DNA from: Desulfobacteraceae bacterium 4572_35.1
Lineage (GTDB): Bacteria > Desulfobacterota > Desulfuromonadia > Desulfuromonadales > Desulfuromonadaceae
Assembly (NCBI GenBank): GCA_002084705.1
Contig: NBLX01000005.1
Coordinates: 3,695 to 67,694 of the forward strand
Direction: 5' to 3'
Length of the DNA stretch: 64,000 nucleotides
The position numbers and the translations under genes are program-made. Shown here one piece after another: positions 39,702 through 49,951 of this stretch (position 1 is its first letter; each line of letters opens with the position of its first letter). The notes beneath the pieces are model-generated. The model was given only the letters and a program-made list of their open reading frames with translations. It was not told where the DNA came from and did no database searches.

Positions 39702-40385
39702 TTATTGGTGAGTCGATAGTTGTTGGTCTGCTTCCACTCCAGCTCTATTTTCTATTTTTTTTGTGGATAACTTTTTTATTTGTAGCCATTGCAAACCTAT
39801 AAGGGCTGTCGCATTGTTGATTTTACCATTGTTAAGCATTGTCTCAACATTATTCCATGGCAGTACTTTTATTCTTATATCCTCGGATTCGCCGGGAACC
39901 CCGGCTAAGAGTCCGTCCAGCCCCTCGCTGTCAACAACGGCAAAATAGAGATAGATTTGCTCTGTACACCCTCCCGGCGATACATAATAGTGACCAATAA
40001 GTTCCAATTCTTGTAGCGCGCACTTGGCTTCTTCCATACTTTCACGTCTTGCGACATCTTCTGGTTGTTCCCCCTCTTCAATCACACCTGCAACTAATTC
40101 AAGTAACCACGAAGTTTCAGGGTCGTTTATAGCGCCGATACGAAACTGTTCCACCATTATAATCGCATCACGTTGTGGATCGTATAGTAGTACGGCAACA
40201 GCTTGACCACGTTCCATGAGCTCTCGGGTTATTACGCCGGATGTTTTTCCATTGAACAGTTGATGTTGCAGCTGGATTTTTAAAATATTCAAAAAACCTT
40301 GATATGCTTGAGTTGAAGAGAGTATTTTAACGTTGAGCCTAGAGGTGAAAGCGGTCTTGATGTGAGGTTTGTTAGAGTTTTGCAT
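39702..40385 (-). CDS. nudF: ADP-ribose pyrophosphatase (Nudix)
   Basis: EQFRIGA; AGVIEEGEQPEDVARRESMEEA Nudix box; SPGG. Confidence 0.9.
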   Translation of the reverse strand: MQNSNKPHIKTAFTSRLNVKILSSTQAYQGFLNILKIQLQHQLFNGKTSGVITRELMERGQAVAVLLYDPQRDAIIMVEQFRIGAINDPETSWLLELVAGVIEEGEQPEDVARRESMEEAKCALQELELIGHYYVSPGGCTEQIYLYFAVVDSEGLDGLLAGVPGESEDIRIKVLPWNNVETMLNNGKINNATALIGLQWLQIKKLSTKKIENRAGVEADQQLSTHQ

Positions 40386-40499
40386 TGGCAGTTTACCTTA
40401 ATGATGTGAGTTAGAGAATGGATAACTTTTCAACTAAATGCCACAATACCTTTTTTTATACCAGAAAAACCTAATTCTGTTAGTAAACTAATTGCTTTT

Positions 40500-40547
40500 T
40501 AACAACATATTGTGGGTATTAAAAAATATGATCTCTATATGTGGTGT
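40500..40547 (+). promoter_or_regulatory. Tandem NrdR-box-like operators
   Basis: AACAACATATTGTGG and TCTCTATATGTGGTGT about 31 bp apart, upstream of nrdD. Confidence 0.65.
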
Positions 40548-40652
40548 TTTCTCTTGTTTGCGTGTTTGTTGCTGTGGTAGTTTCAGTACGTGATTTTTAA
40601 GCGAGCCTGTTAATGCATACAGGGCTGTTTGTTTTTTATACGGAGGCATCGA

Positions 40653-42641
40653 GTGCTGGAATATATTCGTAAAAGGGATGGTCGTTTGGCTGTTTTTGAT
40701 GAAAGTAAAATCGCTAAAGCTATAAAGAAATCGGTTCGTGCTGTTGGCGGTCAGGATATGGCTAAGGCTGAAAGTATTGTGCAGCAAGTTGTCGGGATTC
40801 TGGAGATCATCTACAAGGACGATCGGGTGCCAACGGTCGAAAATGTTCAAGATTTAGTTGAAAAACAGCTAATCGAAAGTGGTCACGCTCAGACAGCGAA
40901 AGCTTATATCCTCTATCGTCGCCAGCACGAGCAGTTACGTGAAACAAAATCCTTTATGCAGGAATCGATTGAAGCAATAGATTCCTACCTTACCCAAGAG
41001 GATTGGCGGGTAAAAGAGAACGCAAATATGGGTTATTCCCTTCAAGGTTTGAATAATCATATAGCTTCTAACATAACCAGTAACTACTGGTTGAATAAAA
41101 TTTATCCGCAACATATATCTGATGCTCATAAGAATGGTGATTTTCATATTCACGATCTGGGAATGTTGTCAGTGTATTGCTGTGGTTGGGATTTGAAGGA
41201 TCTGTTGTTGCAAGGGTTTACCGGGGCTTACGGCAAGGTACAGAGCGCACCGGCGAAACATTTTCGCACTGCCTTGGGGCAGGCCGTTAACTTCTTTTAC
41301 ACCTTACAGGGGGAGGCAGCTGGTGCTCAAGCGTTTGCTAGCTTCGATACTCTGCTGGCACCATTTATCCGTTATGATCAACTGAGTTATGGTGAAGTTA
41401 AACAGGCTATGCAAGAGTTTATCTTCAGCATGAATGTGCCGACACGGGTTGGTTTTCAAACCCCTTTTACTAATATTACCCTCGATCTGAAACCGCCGCG
41501 CAATGTTGCTAATGAGGCTGTGGTTGTCGGTGGTAAATTACAGGATGACTGTTACGGCGACTTTCAGGAAGAGATGGATCTTTTCAACCGTGCCTTCTGT
41601 GAAGTGATGATGGAGGGTGATTCTGCCGGGCGGATTTTTACCTTTCCGATTCCTACTTATAATATCACCGCCGATCTAGACTGGGAAAGTGATCGTTTGC
41701 GTTCGGTATGGGAGATGACGGCTAGGTTTGGCACTCCATATTTTAGCAACTTTATCAATTCTGATATGGATCCAGAAGATGCACGCTCTATGTGTTGTCG
41801 TCTCCGATTGGATAACCGGGAACTGCGTCGTCGTGGCGGTGGATTGTTCGGCTCAAATCCGCTTACGGGATCAACCGGGGTTGTCACCATAAATTTACCC
41901 CGAGCTGGGTATCTAAGTGGCGATAAGGATGCTTTTTTTGCCAGAATCTCGGAGATGATGGGTCTCGCTGCTGAGTCTCTAGATATAAAACGCAAGCAAT
42001 TAGAGCGTTTTACTGAAGAAGGGTTGTACCCTTACAGCCGTTATTATTTGGATGCTATCCATGCTCGCAGTGGCCGCTATTGGGATAATCATTTTTCCAC
42101 CATTGGTTTGATAGGGATGAATGAAGCTGCGCTGAATTTGATCGGGGTGGGAATTGACAGTGTTGAAGGTGCCAGGTTGGCCGAAGAGACATTGATGTTT
42201 ATGCGCAAGCAGTTAGAGGCGTTTCAACACGACAGTGGGCAATTGTATAATTTGGAAGCGACTCCAGCCGAGGGTACTAGTTTTCGGTTGGCTCAGCGCG
42301 ATCGTCAGCAATATCCTGATATTATCTGTGCTGGTGTTGACCAGCCATTTTACACCAACTCAACCCAACTTCCGGTTGGTACTACCGATGATATTTTTCA
42401 GGCATTGCAACATCAAGATGACTTGCAAACAAAATATACCGGTGGCACAGTGTTTCACGGTTTTCTCGGGGAGAAACTGGAGGATTGGCGGAGCGCACGC
42501 CTGTTGGTGCGGCGTATAGCAGAAAATTTTCATCTACCCTATTTTACTATCAGTCCAACATTTACAATCTGTCCGGTGCATGGCTACATAGCGGGGGAGC
42601 ATTTTTCTTGCCCGTACGATAAAGATGATAAGGCCGCATAG
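40653..42641 (+). CDS. nrdD: Class III anaerobic ribonucleotide reductase, catalytic subunit lacking the glycyl-radical C-terminus
   Basis: ATP cone (IRKRDG), RSMCCRL, YNLEATPAEG, YTGGTVFH; ends CPVH...CPYDKDDKAA; GTG start after GGAGG. Confidence 0.93.
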   Translation: MLEYIRKRDGRLAVFDESKIAKAIKKSVRAVGGQDMAKAESIVQQVVGILEIIYKDDRVPTVENVQDLVEKQLIESGHAQTAKAYILYRRQHEQLRETKSFMQESIEAIDSYLTQEDWRVKENANMGYSLQGLNNHIASNITSNYWLNKIYPQHISDAHKNGDFHIHDLGMLSVYCCGWDLKDLLLQGFTGAYGKVQSAPAKHFRTALGQAVNFFYTLQGEAAGAQAFASFDTLLAPFIRYDQLSYGEVKQAMQEFIFSMNVPTRVGFQTPFTNITLDLKPPRNVANEAVVVGGKLQDDCYGDFQEEMDLFNRAFCEVMMEGDSAGRIFTFPIPTYNITADLDWESDRLRSVWEMTARFGTPYFSNFINSDMDPEDARSMCCRLRLDNRELRRRGGGLFGSNPLTGSTGVVTINLPRAGYLSGDKDAFFARISEMMGLAAESLDIKRKQLERFTEEGLYPYSRYYLDAIHARSGRYWDNHFSTIGLIGMNEAALNLIGVGIDSVEGARLAEETLMFMRKQLEAFQHDSGQLYNLEATPAEGTSFRLAQRDRQQYPDIICAGVDQPFYTNSTQLPVGTTDDIFQALQHQDDLQTKYTGGTVFHGFLGEKLEDWRSARLLVRRIAENFHLPYFTISPTFTICPVHGYIAGEHFSCPYDKDDKAA

Positions 42642-42685
42642 ATTAAGTTCCTAAACATAAGTTTTATGTCAAAATGAGGAGAAAG

Positions 42686-42841
42686 ATGATGGCTAATAAA
42701 TGTCAACAGAATACGGAAGTATATTCACGCGTATGTGGTTTTTTTCGCCCTGTTCAACAGTGGAACAAAGGTAAGCAGGAAGAGTTTGTTCAACGGCGAG
42801 AATATGTGGTTGAAAACAACAGCGTAAAAAGTGATAGCTAG
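42686..42841 (+). CDS. Stand-alone NrdD glycyl-radical domain, 51 aa (absent from the ORF track)
   Basis: MMANKCQQNTEVYSRVCGFFRPVQQWNKGKQEEFVQRREYVVENNSVKSDS; RBS GAGGAG; TAG overlaps the nrdG GTG. Confidence 0.9.
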   Translation: MMANKCQQNTEVYSRVCGFFRPVQQWNKGKQEEFVQRREYVVENNSVKSDS

Positions 42842-43536
42842 TGGCTGTTAAGGGTTTTCAGGGTACCAGCATGCTCGACTTTCCTCAGCGTGTTGCCTCC
42901 CTTGTTTTTTATGGTGGCTGCAACCTACGTTGTCCTTATTGCCACAATCCTACGTTGGTGGAAAATCCCAATCAGTATCCAGATATTCCAACGGAAGATA
43001 TTTTGGTAATGCTTGAGCAGCGGCGTGGTTTTATCGATGGGGTGGTGATTTCCGGGGGTGAACCAACCCTTGATCCACATCTGGATGAATTGTTGCGGCA
43101 GATAAAACAGCAGAAGTTGCAGATTAAGCTGGATACCAACGGGTTGCGACCGCAGGTGCTGGAGTCGCTGTTGGCGCAGCAGTTGGTCGATTTTGTTGGC
43201 CTAGATCTTAAAACTGCGTTGCCACGCTATGGCGAGTTATATCATGATGACGTCGACAGCTCGCTTTTACGAGAGAGTGTTGTTATCCTGAAACAGGCGC
43301 AGGTTGAGGTTGAGTTTCGTACCACCTGTGTCCCCGGTTTGGTGGAGGAGGGGGACATCCGCGCTATTGGTGAACTGTTGTGCGGTGAGCCTTTATGGGT
43401 GTTGCAACAGTTTGTGGCCCAGCCGGCTATGGATGAGGAGATGCGCCAGTTAACTCCCCATTCTCCAGAGGTGCTACGCTCTTTTGTTGCCATAGCTGAA
43501 GAATATGTTGAACGCGCTATGATTCGAGGTATATAA
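42841..43536 (+). CDS. nrdG: Anaerobic RNR activating enzyme (radical SAM)
   Basis: GCNLRCPYCHN, SGGEPT, DTNG. Confidence 0.92.
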   Translation: MAVKGFQGTSMLDFPQRVASLVFYGGCNLRCPYCHNPTLVENPNQYPDIPTEDILVMLEQRRGFIDGVVISGGEPTLDPHLDELLRQIKQQKLQIKLDTNGLRPQVLESLLAQQLVDFVGLDLKTALPRYGELYHDDVDSSLLRESVVILKQAQVEVEFRTTCVPGLVEEGDIRAIGELLCGEPLWVLQQFVAQPAMDEEMRQLTPHSPEVLRSFVAIAEEYVERAMIRGI

Positions 43537-43566
43537 ACTACTGTTAACACAATCGAGGAGAGGTAG

Positions 43567-44076
43567 ATGAAAAAAATTGTTTTGTTATTGTTGCTGTTAC
43601 TGCCCATAGTGGGATGTAATCGTCCACAGGCGGTGTCGGTTAAGGCTGATGGTAGTCATTATCAGGTACAGTTTCTGGTCGATGCCGCAATTCAATCAGG
43701 TATGAGTGAACAGCAGGTGCGGGCACAACGCCAGATGGCAACATGGATGGAAAACGATCTATTGAGTCTGTTGACCAGGGCAGGATATAAAGCATCCCCG
43801 ATTAGCAGCAGTGCTAAATTTAAGGGGGGCAGTGGTAGCTACCTTCTACTTGTTAAGGTTGTCAACTATAATCCCGGGAGTAAAGCAGCGCGGATGCTGG
43901 TTGGTTTTGGTGCTGGATCAACCAGTATCGACATTAATTATCAAATTTTTAACGGCAGTAAGCAACAACTTGAAAATCGCGACGATGGCGTGGGTTCCAG
44001 CCGTGATTGGAATTATTGTGCGCGGGTGCTGAATCAGCGTATGCTTGCCACTCTGGGGGATAATGTTGGCAAATAG
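43567..44076 (+). CDS. Lipoprotein, DUF4410-like
   Basis: Lipobox IVG-C; YNPGSKAARMLVGFGAG. Confidence 0.7.
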   Translation: MKKIVLLLLLLLPIVGCNRPQAVSVKADGSHYQVQFLVDAAIQSGMSEQQVRAQRQMATWMENDLLSLLTRAGYKASPISSSAKFKGGSGSYLLLVKVVNYNPGSKAARMLVGFGAGSTSIDINYQIFNGSKQQLENRDDGVGSSRDWNYCARVLNQRMLATLGDNVGK

Positions 44077-44123
44077 TAGATTGGCGTTGTCCTTATGACG
44101 ATCAATTATTGTTTTGTAACGTG

Positions 44124-44167
44124 AAAAACTGTGCCCAGCCATAAATTTATGGCTGGGCACAGTTTTT
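44124..44167. terminator. Intrinsic terminator (long palindrome)
   Basis: AAAAACTGTGCCCAGCCATAAATTTATGGCTGGGCACAGTTTTT. Confidence 0.8.
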
Positions 44168-44334
44168 ATAAGAATTTGATAAACGGTGAGCAATAGATTG
44201 AAGAAGATACCTGTTTCGTGTTATTTTTGCGCCGAAAAATAGGCTGTTATCGCAAAATAGAGTTAACTATTAAGCATGTTATTTGAGAAGTGCTGAATGG
44301 TTGCAATTAGAGTAGCTATTGATGGAGGAATATA

Positions 44335-44622
44335 ATGAAAATAACTCGCGCCGAAGTTGAAAAAGTAGCTCGGTTGTCGCGCTTGACTTTTAGTGATCAG
44401 GAATTGGAAGCTCTAACTCAGGATATGGATGCAATTCTTAATCATGTTGAGCAATTGAACGAATTGGATACCGATGATATTGTCCCCATGGCTCATGCTG
44501 TACCGTTTGAGAACGCCTTTCGCGACGATGTCGTAACGGCTTCTATTGGCAGCGAACTGGCTTTGCAAAATGCTCCTAACTCGGCCGATGGCTGTTTTGG
44601 TGTGCCAAAGGTTATAGAATAG
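44335..44622 (+). CDS. gatC: Asp/Glu-tRNA amidotransferase subunit C
   Basis: VARLSRL, FRDD, VPKVIE. Confidence 0.95.
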   Translation: MKITRAEVEKVARLSRLTFSDQELEALTQDMDAILNHVEQLNELDTDDIVPMAHAVPFENAFRDDVVTASIGSELALQNAPNSADGCFGVPKVIE

Positions 44623-44716
44623 TAGTTACGTTTTTTGAAGTGTCTTCATGCTGAAAGTGGCGGCACCCCTTGAAAGATAATGACTGACCGAGCATGGTTA
44701 GAAGTGTGGAGTTATA

Positions 44717-46174
44717 ATGGAATTAACAGATTTGACCATCCATGAGATGCAACAACAACTGGCCGATGGTACAACAACATCGCTGGCGTTGACCAAAGCT
44801 TTTCTTGAACGTATTCGTGCAACCGACGACAACTTAAATGCCTTTATCACCGTGTGTGATGACGAGGCTTTGGCGGCGGCAGAAGCTGCTGATGCACAGC
44901 GCAGGGCCGGAGAAGTGCAACCTTTGACCGGTATCCCCATAGCGTTGAAAGATATATTTGTTACCGCCGGTATCCGTACAACCTGCGCCTCGAAAATTCT
45001 TGGCGAGTATATGTCACCTTACGATGGTACTGCGGTGTCTAAGCTCAAACAGCAGGGGGCGGTTATTGTTGGTAAGCTGAATATGGATGAATTTGCCATG
45101 GGCAGTTCCAATGAAAATAGTGCCTTTGGTGCTGTGCGTAATCCGTGGAATAGCGATTGTGTCCCTGGGGGGTCTTCCGGCGGGTCGGCAGCGTGTGTTG
45201 CGGCACGGCAGGCAGCGGCAACTCTGGGTACCGATACCGGTGGTTCAATCCGCCAGCCAGCGTCACATTGCGGTGTGGTTGGTTTGAAGCCGAGTTACGG
45301 GCGGGTGTCACGTTATGGTGTTATCGCTTATGCCTCATCCCTGGATCAGGTGGGGCCGTTAACCCGTGATGTGCGCGATTGCGCCATCATGCTTGGCGCT
45401 GTAGCAGGGTATGATTCCGCCGATTCCACCTCGGTGGATGCGCCGGTGCCCGACTATTTGGCCAACCTTGAAGGGGGCGTTGCTGGCAAGAAGATTGGCC
45501 TGCCTAAAGAATATTTTATCGACGGACTCGATGACGATGTTAAGCAGGCGGTGGAAAGTGCTGTGGCAAAATATCGTGAATTGGGTGCGGAAATTGTTGA
45601 GATCAGTCTGCCCCACACCAAATACGCAGTTGCTACCTACTATGTTATAGCTACCGCCGAAGCTTCGAGCAATCTGGCGCGCTACGATGGGGTTCGCTAC
45701 TGTCAGCGGGTGGATAATGGCAATGGCCTGATCGACATGTATACGCAAACCCGCGCAGAAGGTTTTGGTCCAGAAGTGAAGCGGCGTATCATGCTTGGCA
45801 CATACGCATTGTCCTCAGGATATTACGATGCTTATTATTTAAAGGCGCAAAAAGTTCGTGCCCTGATTCAACAGGATTTTACCAATGCCTTTGAGCAGGT
45901 TGACTGTATCCTGACGCCGGTGGCACCGACCCCAGCTTTCGGTATCGGTGATAAAACATCCGATCCATTGCAAATGTATCTATCGGATATTTTTACCTTG
46001 TCGGCAAACCTGGCTGGTATTTGTGGACTCAGCTTGCCGTGCGGCATGTCTCGGCAAGGTTTGCCCATCGGGGTGCAATTGCTAGGCAAGGCTTTTGGTG
46101 AGGATGAGTTGTTACAGACTGCCTATGCTTTCGAGCAGGCAACCGAATGGTACGCCAATAAACCTAATCTGTAA
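44717..46174 (+). CDS. gatA: Asp/Glu-tRNA amidotransferase subunit A
   Basis: [21 protein letters not shown] amidase signature. Confidence 0.97.
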   Translation: MELTDLTIHEMQQQLADGTTTSLALTKAFLERIRATDDNLNAFITVCDDEALAAAEAADAQRRAGEVQPLTGIPIALKDIFVTAGIRTTCASKILGEYMSPYDGTAVSKLKQQGAVIVGKLNMDEFAMGSSNENSAFGAVRNPWNSDCVPGGSSGGSAACVAARQAAATLGTDTGGSIRQPASHCGVVGLKPSYGRVSRYGVIAYASSLDQVGPLTRDVRDCAIMLGAVAGYDSADSTSVDAPVPDYLANLEGGVAGKKIGLPKEYFIDGLDDDVKQAVESAVAKYRELGAEIVEISLPHTKYAVATYYVIATAEASSNLARYDGVRYCQRVDNGNGLIDMYTQTRAEGFGPEVKRRIMLGTYALSSGYYDAYYLKAQKVRALIQQDFTNAFEQVDCILTPVAPTPAFGIGDKTSDPLQMYLSDIFTLSANLAGICGLSLPCGMSRQGLPIGVQLLGKAFGEDELLQTAYAFEQATEWYANKPNL

Positions 46175-46295
46175 TCGTTTGGCGCTGTGGGATGGTAACT
46201 TCTATGGCAAGGGCAAATAAATTTTTACTTTGGGAAGTTTAAGCCCACTCTATAGAGTGCAGAATGGTTAAGCTCTTTGAAAGGTTGATGTAAAA

Positions 46296-47741
46296 ATGAG
46301 GAAACATTACGAAGTTGTTATCGGTTTGGAAGTACATGTCCAGCTGACTACCAACACTAAAATATTTTGTGGTTGCTCTGTTCAGTTTGGCAATACTCCC
46401 AATTCGCAAACCTGTCCGGTGTGTCTGGGTCTGCCCGGGGCATTGCCGGTGTTGAATAAACAAGTTGTTGAGAATGCTATCAAGGCTGGATTGGCTACCA
46501 ATTGCCAAATTGCTCCGCGTTCGATTTTTGCACGAAAAAATTATTTTTATCCCGATCTGCCCAAAGGTTATCAGATCTCCCAATTTGAATTGCCCATATG
46601 CGAGCACGGGCACCTTGAGGTTGAAACCGAAGGGCGGGGGAAACAAACTATCGGTATCACTCGTATTCACATGGAGGAGGATGCCGGCAAGTTGTTGCAC
46701 AGTGATGATCCTGCTGTTGGCTCCCGCGTCGATTTGAACCGCGCCTGTACGCCGCTGCTCGAAGTGGTATCCGAACCCGATATGCGTAGCAGCGACGAGG
46801 CCATAGCATACCTGAAAAAATTGCATCAGATTGTGATGTACCTCGGCATCTGTGATGGCAATCTGGAGGAGGGCTCATTTCGTTGCGATGCAAACGTTTC
46901 AGTCCGCCCTTGGGGGCAAAAAGAGTTTGGCACTCGCGCAGAATTGAAAAATATCAACTCTTTCCGTTTTATCAAGGAGGGGATTGAGTATGAGATCGAT
47001 CGTCAGATAGAGTTGATCGAGGATGGTGGCGAGGTGGTGCAGGAGACCCGCCTGTACAATAGCAACACTGGCGTAACCCGTTCCATGCGGGGTAAAGAGG
47101 AAGCACACGATTATCGCTACTTCCCTGACCCCGATCTGGTACCCCTGGTTATAGCCGACGAGTGGGTGAAACGGGTGGGTGATGCCCTGCCAGAATTGCC
47201 CGAGGCGAAAAAAATACGTTTTATTGCTGAATATAAATTATCAGAGCACGACGCCGAAATGCTTATTGCCGAGAAAGCGCTGGCTGATTACTTTGATGAA
47301 TGTGCAAAACTCCATAAAGATTCCAAGGCGTGTGCCAATTGGGTTATGGGTGATGTACAGCGGCGGCGCAACGAAGATGGGATAACTGTTGCGCAAATTC
47401 CTGTTACTCCGGTGATGTTAGCAGCGATGCTCAAGCGTATTGATGATAAAACTATCTCTGGTAAAATAGCTAAAACTGTTTTCGATGAGATGTGGAGCAG
47501 TGGCAAGGATGCCGATACAATCATTGACGAAAAAGGGTTGAAGCAGGTGACCGATACCGGTGCTATCGAAAAGATGGTAGACGATGTCATTGCCGCTAAC
47601 CCCGGTCAGGCTCAGGAGTTCAGTGAGGGCAAGGACAAGCTGCTTGGTTTCTTTGTCGGTCAGGTTATGAAGGCCAGTAAGGGTAAAGCCAACCCCGGCA
47701 TGGTTAACGAATTGCTGTGTAAGAAATTGCGCGGCGAATAA
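46296..47741 (+). CDS. gatB: Asp/Glu-tRNA amidotransferase subunit B
   Basis: [31 protein letters not shown]. Confidence 0.97.
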   Translation: MRKHYEVVIGLEVHVQLTTNTKIFCGCSVQFGNTPNSQTCPVCLGLPGALPVLNKQVVENAIKAGLATNCQIAPRSIFARKNYFYPDLPKGYQISQFELPICEHGHLEVETEGRGKQTIGITRIHMEEDAGKLLHSDDPAVGSRVDLNRACTPLLEVVSEPDMRSSDEAIAYLKKLHQIVMYLGICDGNLEEGSFRCDANVSVRPWGQKEFGTRAELKNINSFRFIKEGIEYEIDRQIELIEDGGEVVQETRLYNSNTGVTRSMRGKEEAHDYRYFPDPDLVPLVIADEWVKRVGDALPELPEAKKIRFIAEYKLSEHDAEMLIAEKALADYFDECAKLHKDSKACANWVMGDVQRRRNEDGITVAQIPVTPVMLAAMLKRIDDKTISGKIAKTVFDEMWSSGKDADTIIDEKGLKQVTDTGAIEKMVDDVIAANPGQAQEFSEGKDKLLGFFVGQVMKASKGKANPGMVNELLCKKLRGE

Positions 47742-47762
47742 AATTTCGAGCAAATGTTGGAT

Positions 47763-47798
47763 AAAAAAGCCCCGCTGGTTTATGTCAGCGGGGCTTTT
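47763..47798. terminator. Bidirectional intrinsic terminator
   Basis: AAAAGCCCCGCTG...CAGCGGGGCTTTT. Confidence 0.8.
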
Positions 47799-47856
47799 GA
47801 GTTTAAAGTGGTTGAGTCTAAAGAGTCCAAGTCTGAGCTCTCCAGGGCTAAAGGTG

Positions 47857-48771
47857 TTAGCTTTGTTGAGACAGTGACGTTTGAGCTTCTTCACGCAACA
47901 CATCGCTGAGGTGTTGATCGTTCATCACCGTACGCAACAACTTCAGCCCTTTTCTCCGTGCGCCATTAGCCAGATACGTTTGGGCAACCCGTAGTTGCCA
48001 GCGTGGATTGTCAGGTTCTTGGCGGCAGGCAGCGTTGAAGGTAGTAAGAACCTGTTGGAGTTCCCGCTTCTGACGCAGAAAAAATTCAGCTAGATACAGG
48101 TTTATGCCGCTGTCGCAGACGTTGTCGGTGATTTTGGTATATAACGCTTCAGCCTGCTGCAACTTGTTGTTGCGTTCCAGCAATGTGGCACCAAGTAGTG
48201 TAATGTTCGGATCGTTGTGACCGGCATCAATGGCTTGCAAGCAGTGGTTCAAGGCAAGATCATCATCTTGTTTAATATGGTAGAGCGTGGCTAGTTGGGC
48301 ATGGCAAAATGCGGCATCGCGATCCTCTAGTAACATTTTCAGCGCCAGCTCAAGAGCTTGATCCGTTTTCTCCAAACCAACCAATAAAATTACCAGACTT
48401 TCAGCAGCTAGCAGGTGATCAGGGTTGTGTTTGAGGCACGATCTCATGGCGCGGCATGCTTTTTCCGTATGTCCATGGCGTGTCATCAATATTCCTAGCT
48501 CATAGTCAAACAGGTCGTCCTGCTCACTGGCTGCTAGTTTGCCGAGGAGTTCCAGAGCTTGGCGATCTTCCCCTTGGTGAGAGAGCACAAGAGCTTGTAA
48601 AAATTTATGGCTTTTTTTTCGATAACTTTCGACCAACTCAGGGGGGTAGCTGGTTAGAATTAATTCCAGTTGGGAATCAAAATCGGGCTGATCATTGCCG
48701 CTGATTGCAGCCGGGGCTTGTGATGTGCCAAGATTTTTTGATTTGTAAAATAGGCGATTAAGCAGACCCAT
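47857..48771 (-). CDS. Tetratricopeptide-repeat protein
   Basis: Helical TPR-like repeats (e.g. NPDHLLAAESL, EPDNPRWQLRVAQ). Confidence 0.7.
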   Translation of the reverse strand: MGLLNRLFYKSKNLGTSQAPAAISGNDQPDFDSQLELILTSYPPELVESYRKKSHKFLQALVLSHQGEDRQALELLGKLAASEQDDLFDYELGILMTRHGHTEKACRAMRSCLKHNPDHLLAAESLVILLVGLEKTDQALELALKMLLEDRDAAFCHAQLATLYHIKQDDDLALNHCLQAIDAGHNDPNITLLGATLLERNNKLQQAEALYTKITDNVCDSGINLYLAEFFLRQKRELQQVLTTFNAACRQEPDNPRWQLRVAQTYLANGARRKGLKLLRTVMNDQHLSDVLREEAQTSLSQQS

Positions 48772-48988
48772 GGTGTTTGTTTCCTTTATTGATAAATGGT
48801 TGATATGCAGCCGCTACTTTAGTGAGGTTGGGCGAGAAGTGCAAGGGTGGTTTATCGGAAAGGTTGTTTCGTGGTTTGTTAGCTTTGTTGCGTGAAATAC
48901 TTTTTTGCTAACTATGATCTGATAGTGGTAAACTTTAGCTTTGTTTTGTAACTACTAGATGAAGAAAATAATTTCCAAAGAGGGTTAT

Positions 48989-49950
48989 ATGGCTATTAAA
49001 CCGATTGAATACGAAAACGGCGCCTGCCGTATGATCGACCAGCGTCTGTTGCCTGGTGAAGAGGTGTGGATTGATTACACCGATTATCAGGGAGTTGCGC
49101 AGGCGATTAAAACTATGGTGGTACGCGGCGCGCCGGCCATTGGAGTCGCTGCTGCTTTTGGTGCTGCATTTGCTGCCGCAGCTATTGATGTGGATAATTT
49201 TACCGATTTTGAATCCCGGTTTGTGGACTGTTGTGATGTTCTGGCAGCAACCCGTCCCACGGCAGTAAACCTGTTCTGGTCGTTGGATAGGATGCAGAAG
49301 GTGGCGCGGCAGCAGCGTCATTTGCCAATAGATCAGTTGCAAAAAAAATTGCTCAACGAAGCTATTGAGATTGCAGCAGAAGATGAACAGATAAATCGCA
49401 ATATGGGGCAATATGGGCAGCAATTGTTGCCACATCGGGGTCGTATTTTGACCCACTGTAATGCTGGGGCGTTAGCTACCGGTGGCTATGGAACTGCCCT
49501 CGGTGTTATCCGTGCGGCGGTGGAGGCAGGGAAACAGCTTGAGGTTTATGCTGATGAGACGCGGCCATTCTGGCAGGGAGCACGGTTGACTGCTTGGGAA
49601 TTGCATCAGGACAATATCTCAGTAACGGTTATCTGTGACAATATGGCTGGATATTTGATGCAACAGGGTAAAATTGACGCTGTTATCGTCGGCGCTGATC
49701 GCATTGCCGCCAACGGCGATGTTGCCAATAAAATTGGTACTTACACCGTAGCTGTGCTTGCTAAAGAGCACGTACCCATTGTGGCGACAAGCAATTAACT
49801 CCCGATGGGGTGGCGGTGTATAATCCGGCATTTGATGTGACTCCAGAGCGACTGGTGACAGCAATTATTACCGAGTATGGAGTGGCGTACAGATCAGGAT
49901 CGGAAGGATATATACCTCAACTCAAGAGATTGGTAGCGAAGGGTTATTGA
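48989..49950 (+). pseudogene. mtnA: Methylthioribose-1-phosphate isomerase, disrupted by deletion plus frameshift near 49772 (or assembly error)
   Basis: VRGAPAIG, THCNAG, ANKIGT; after KEH the frame ends, and [24 protein letters not shown]...IITEYG continues in another frame from 49774 to TGA at 49950. Confidence 0.85.
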
Positions 49951-49951
49951 G

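Noticed and set aside
42642-42685. Stop read-through or programmed frameshift joining nrdD to the small ORF
   Set aside because: The 44-nt gap is out of frame, contains further stops, and has a strong RBS for independent initiation
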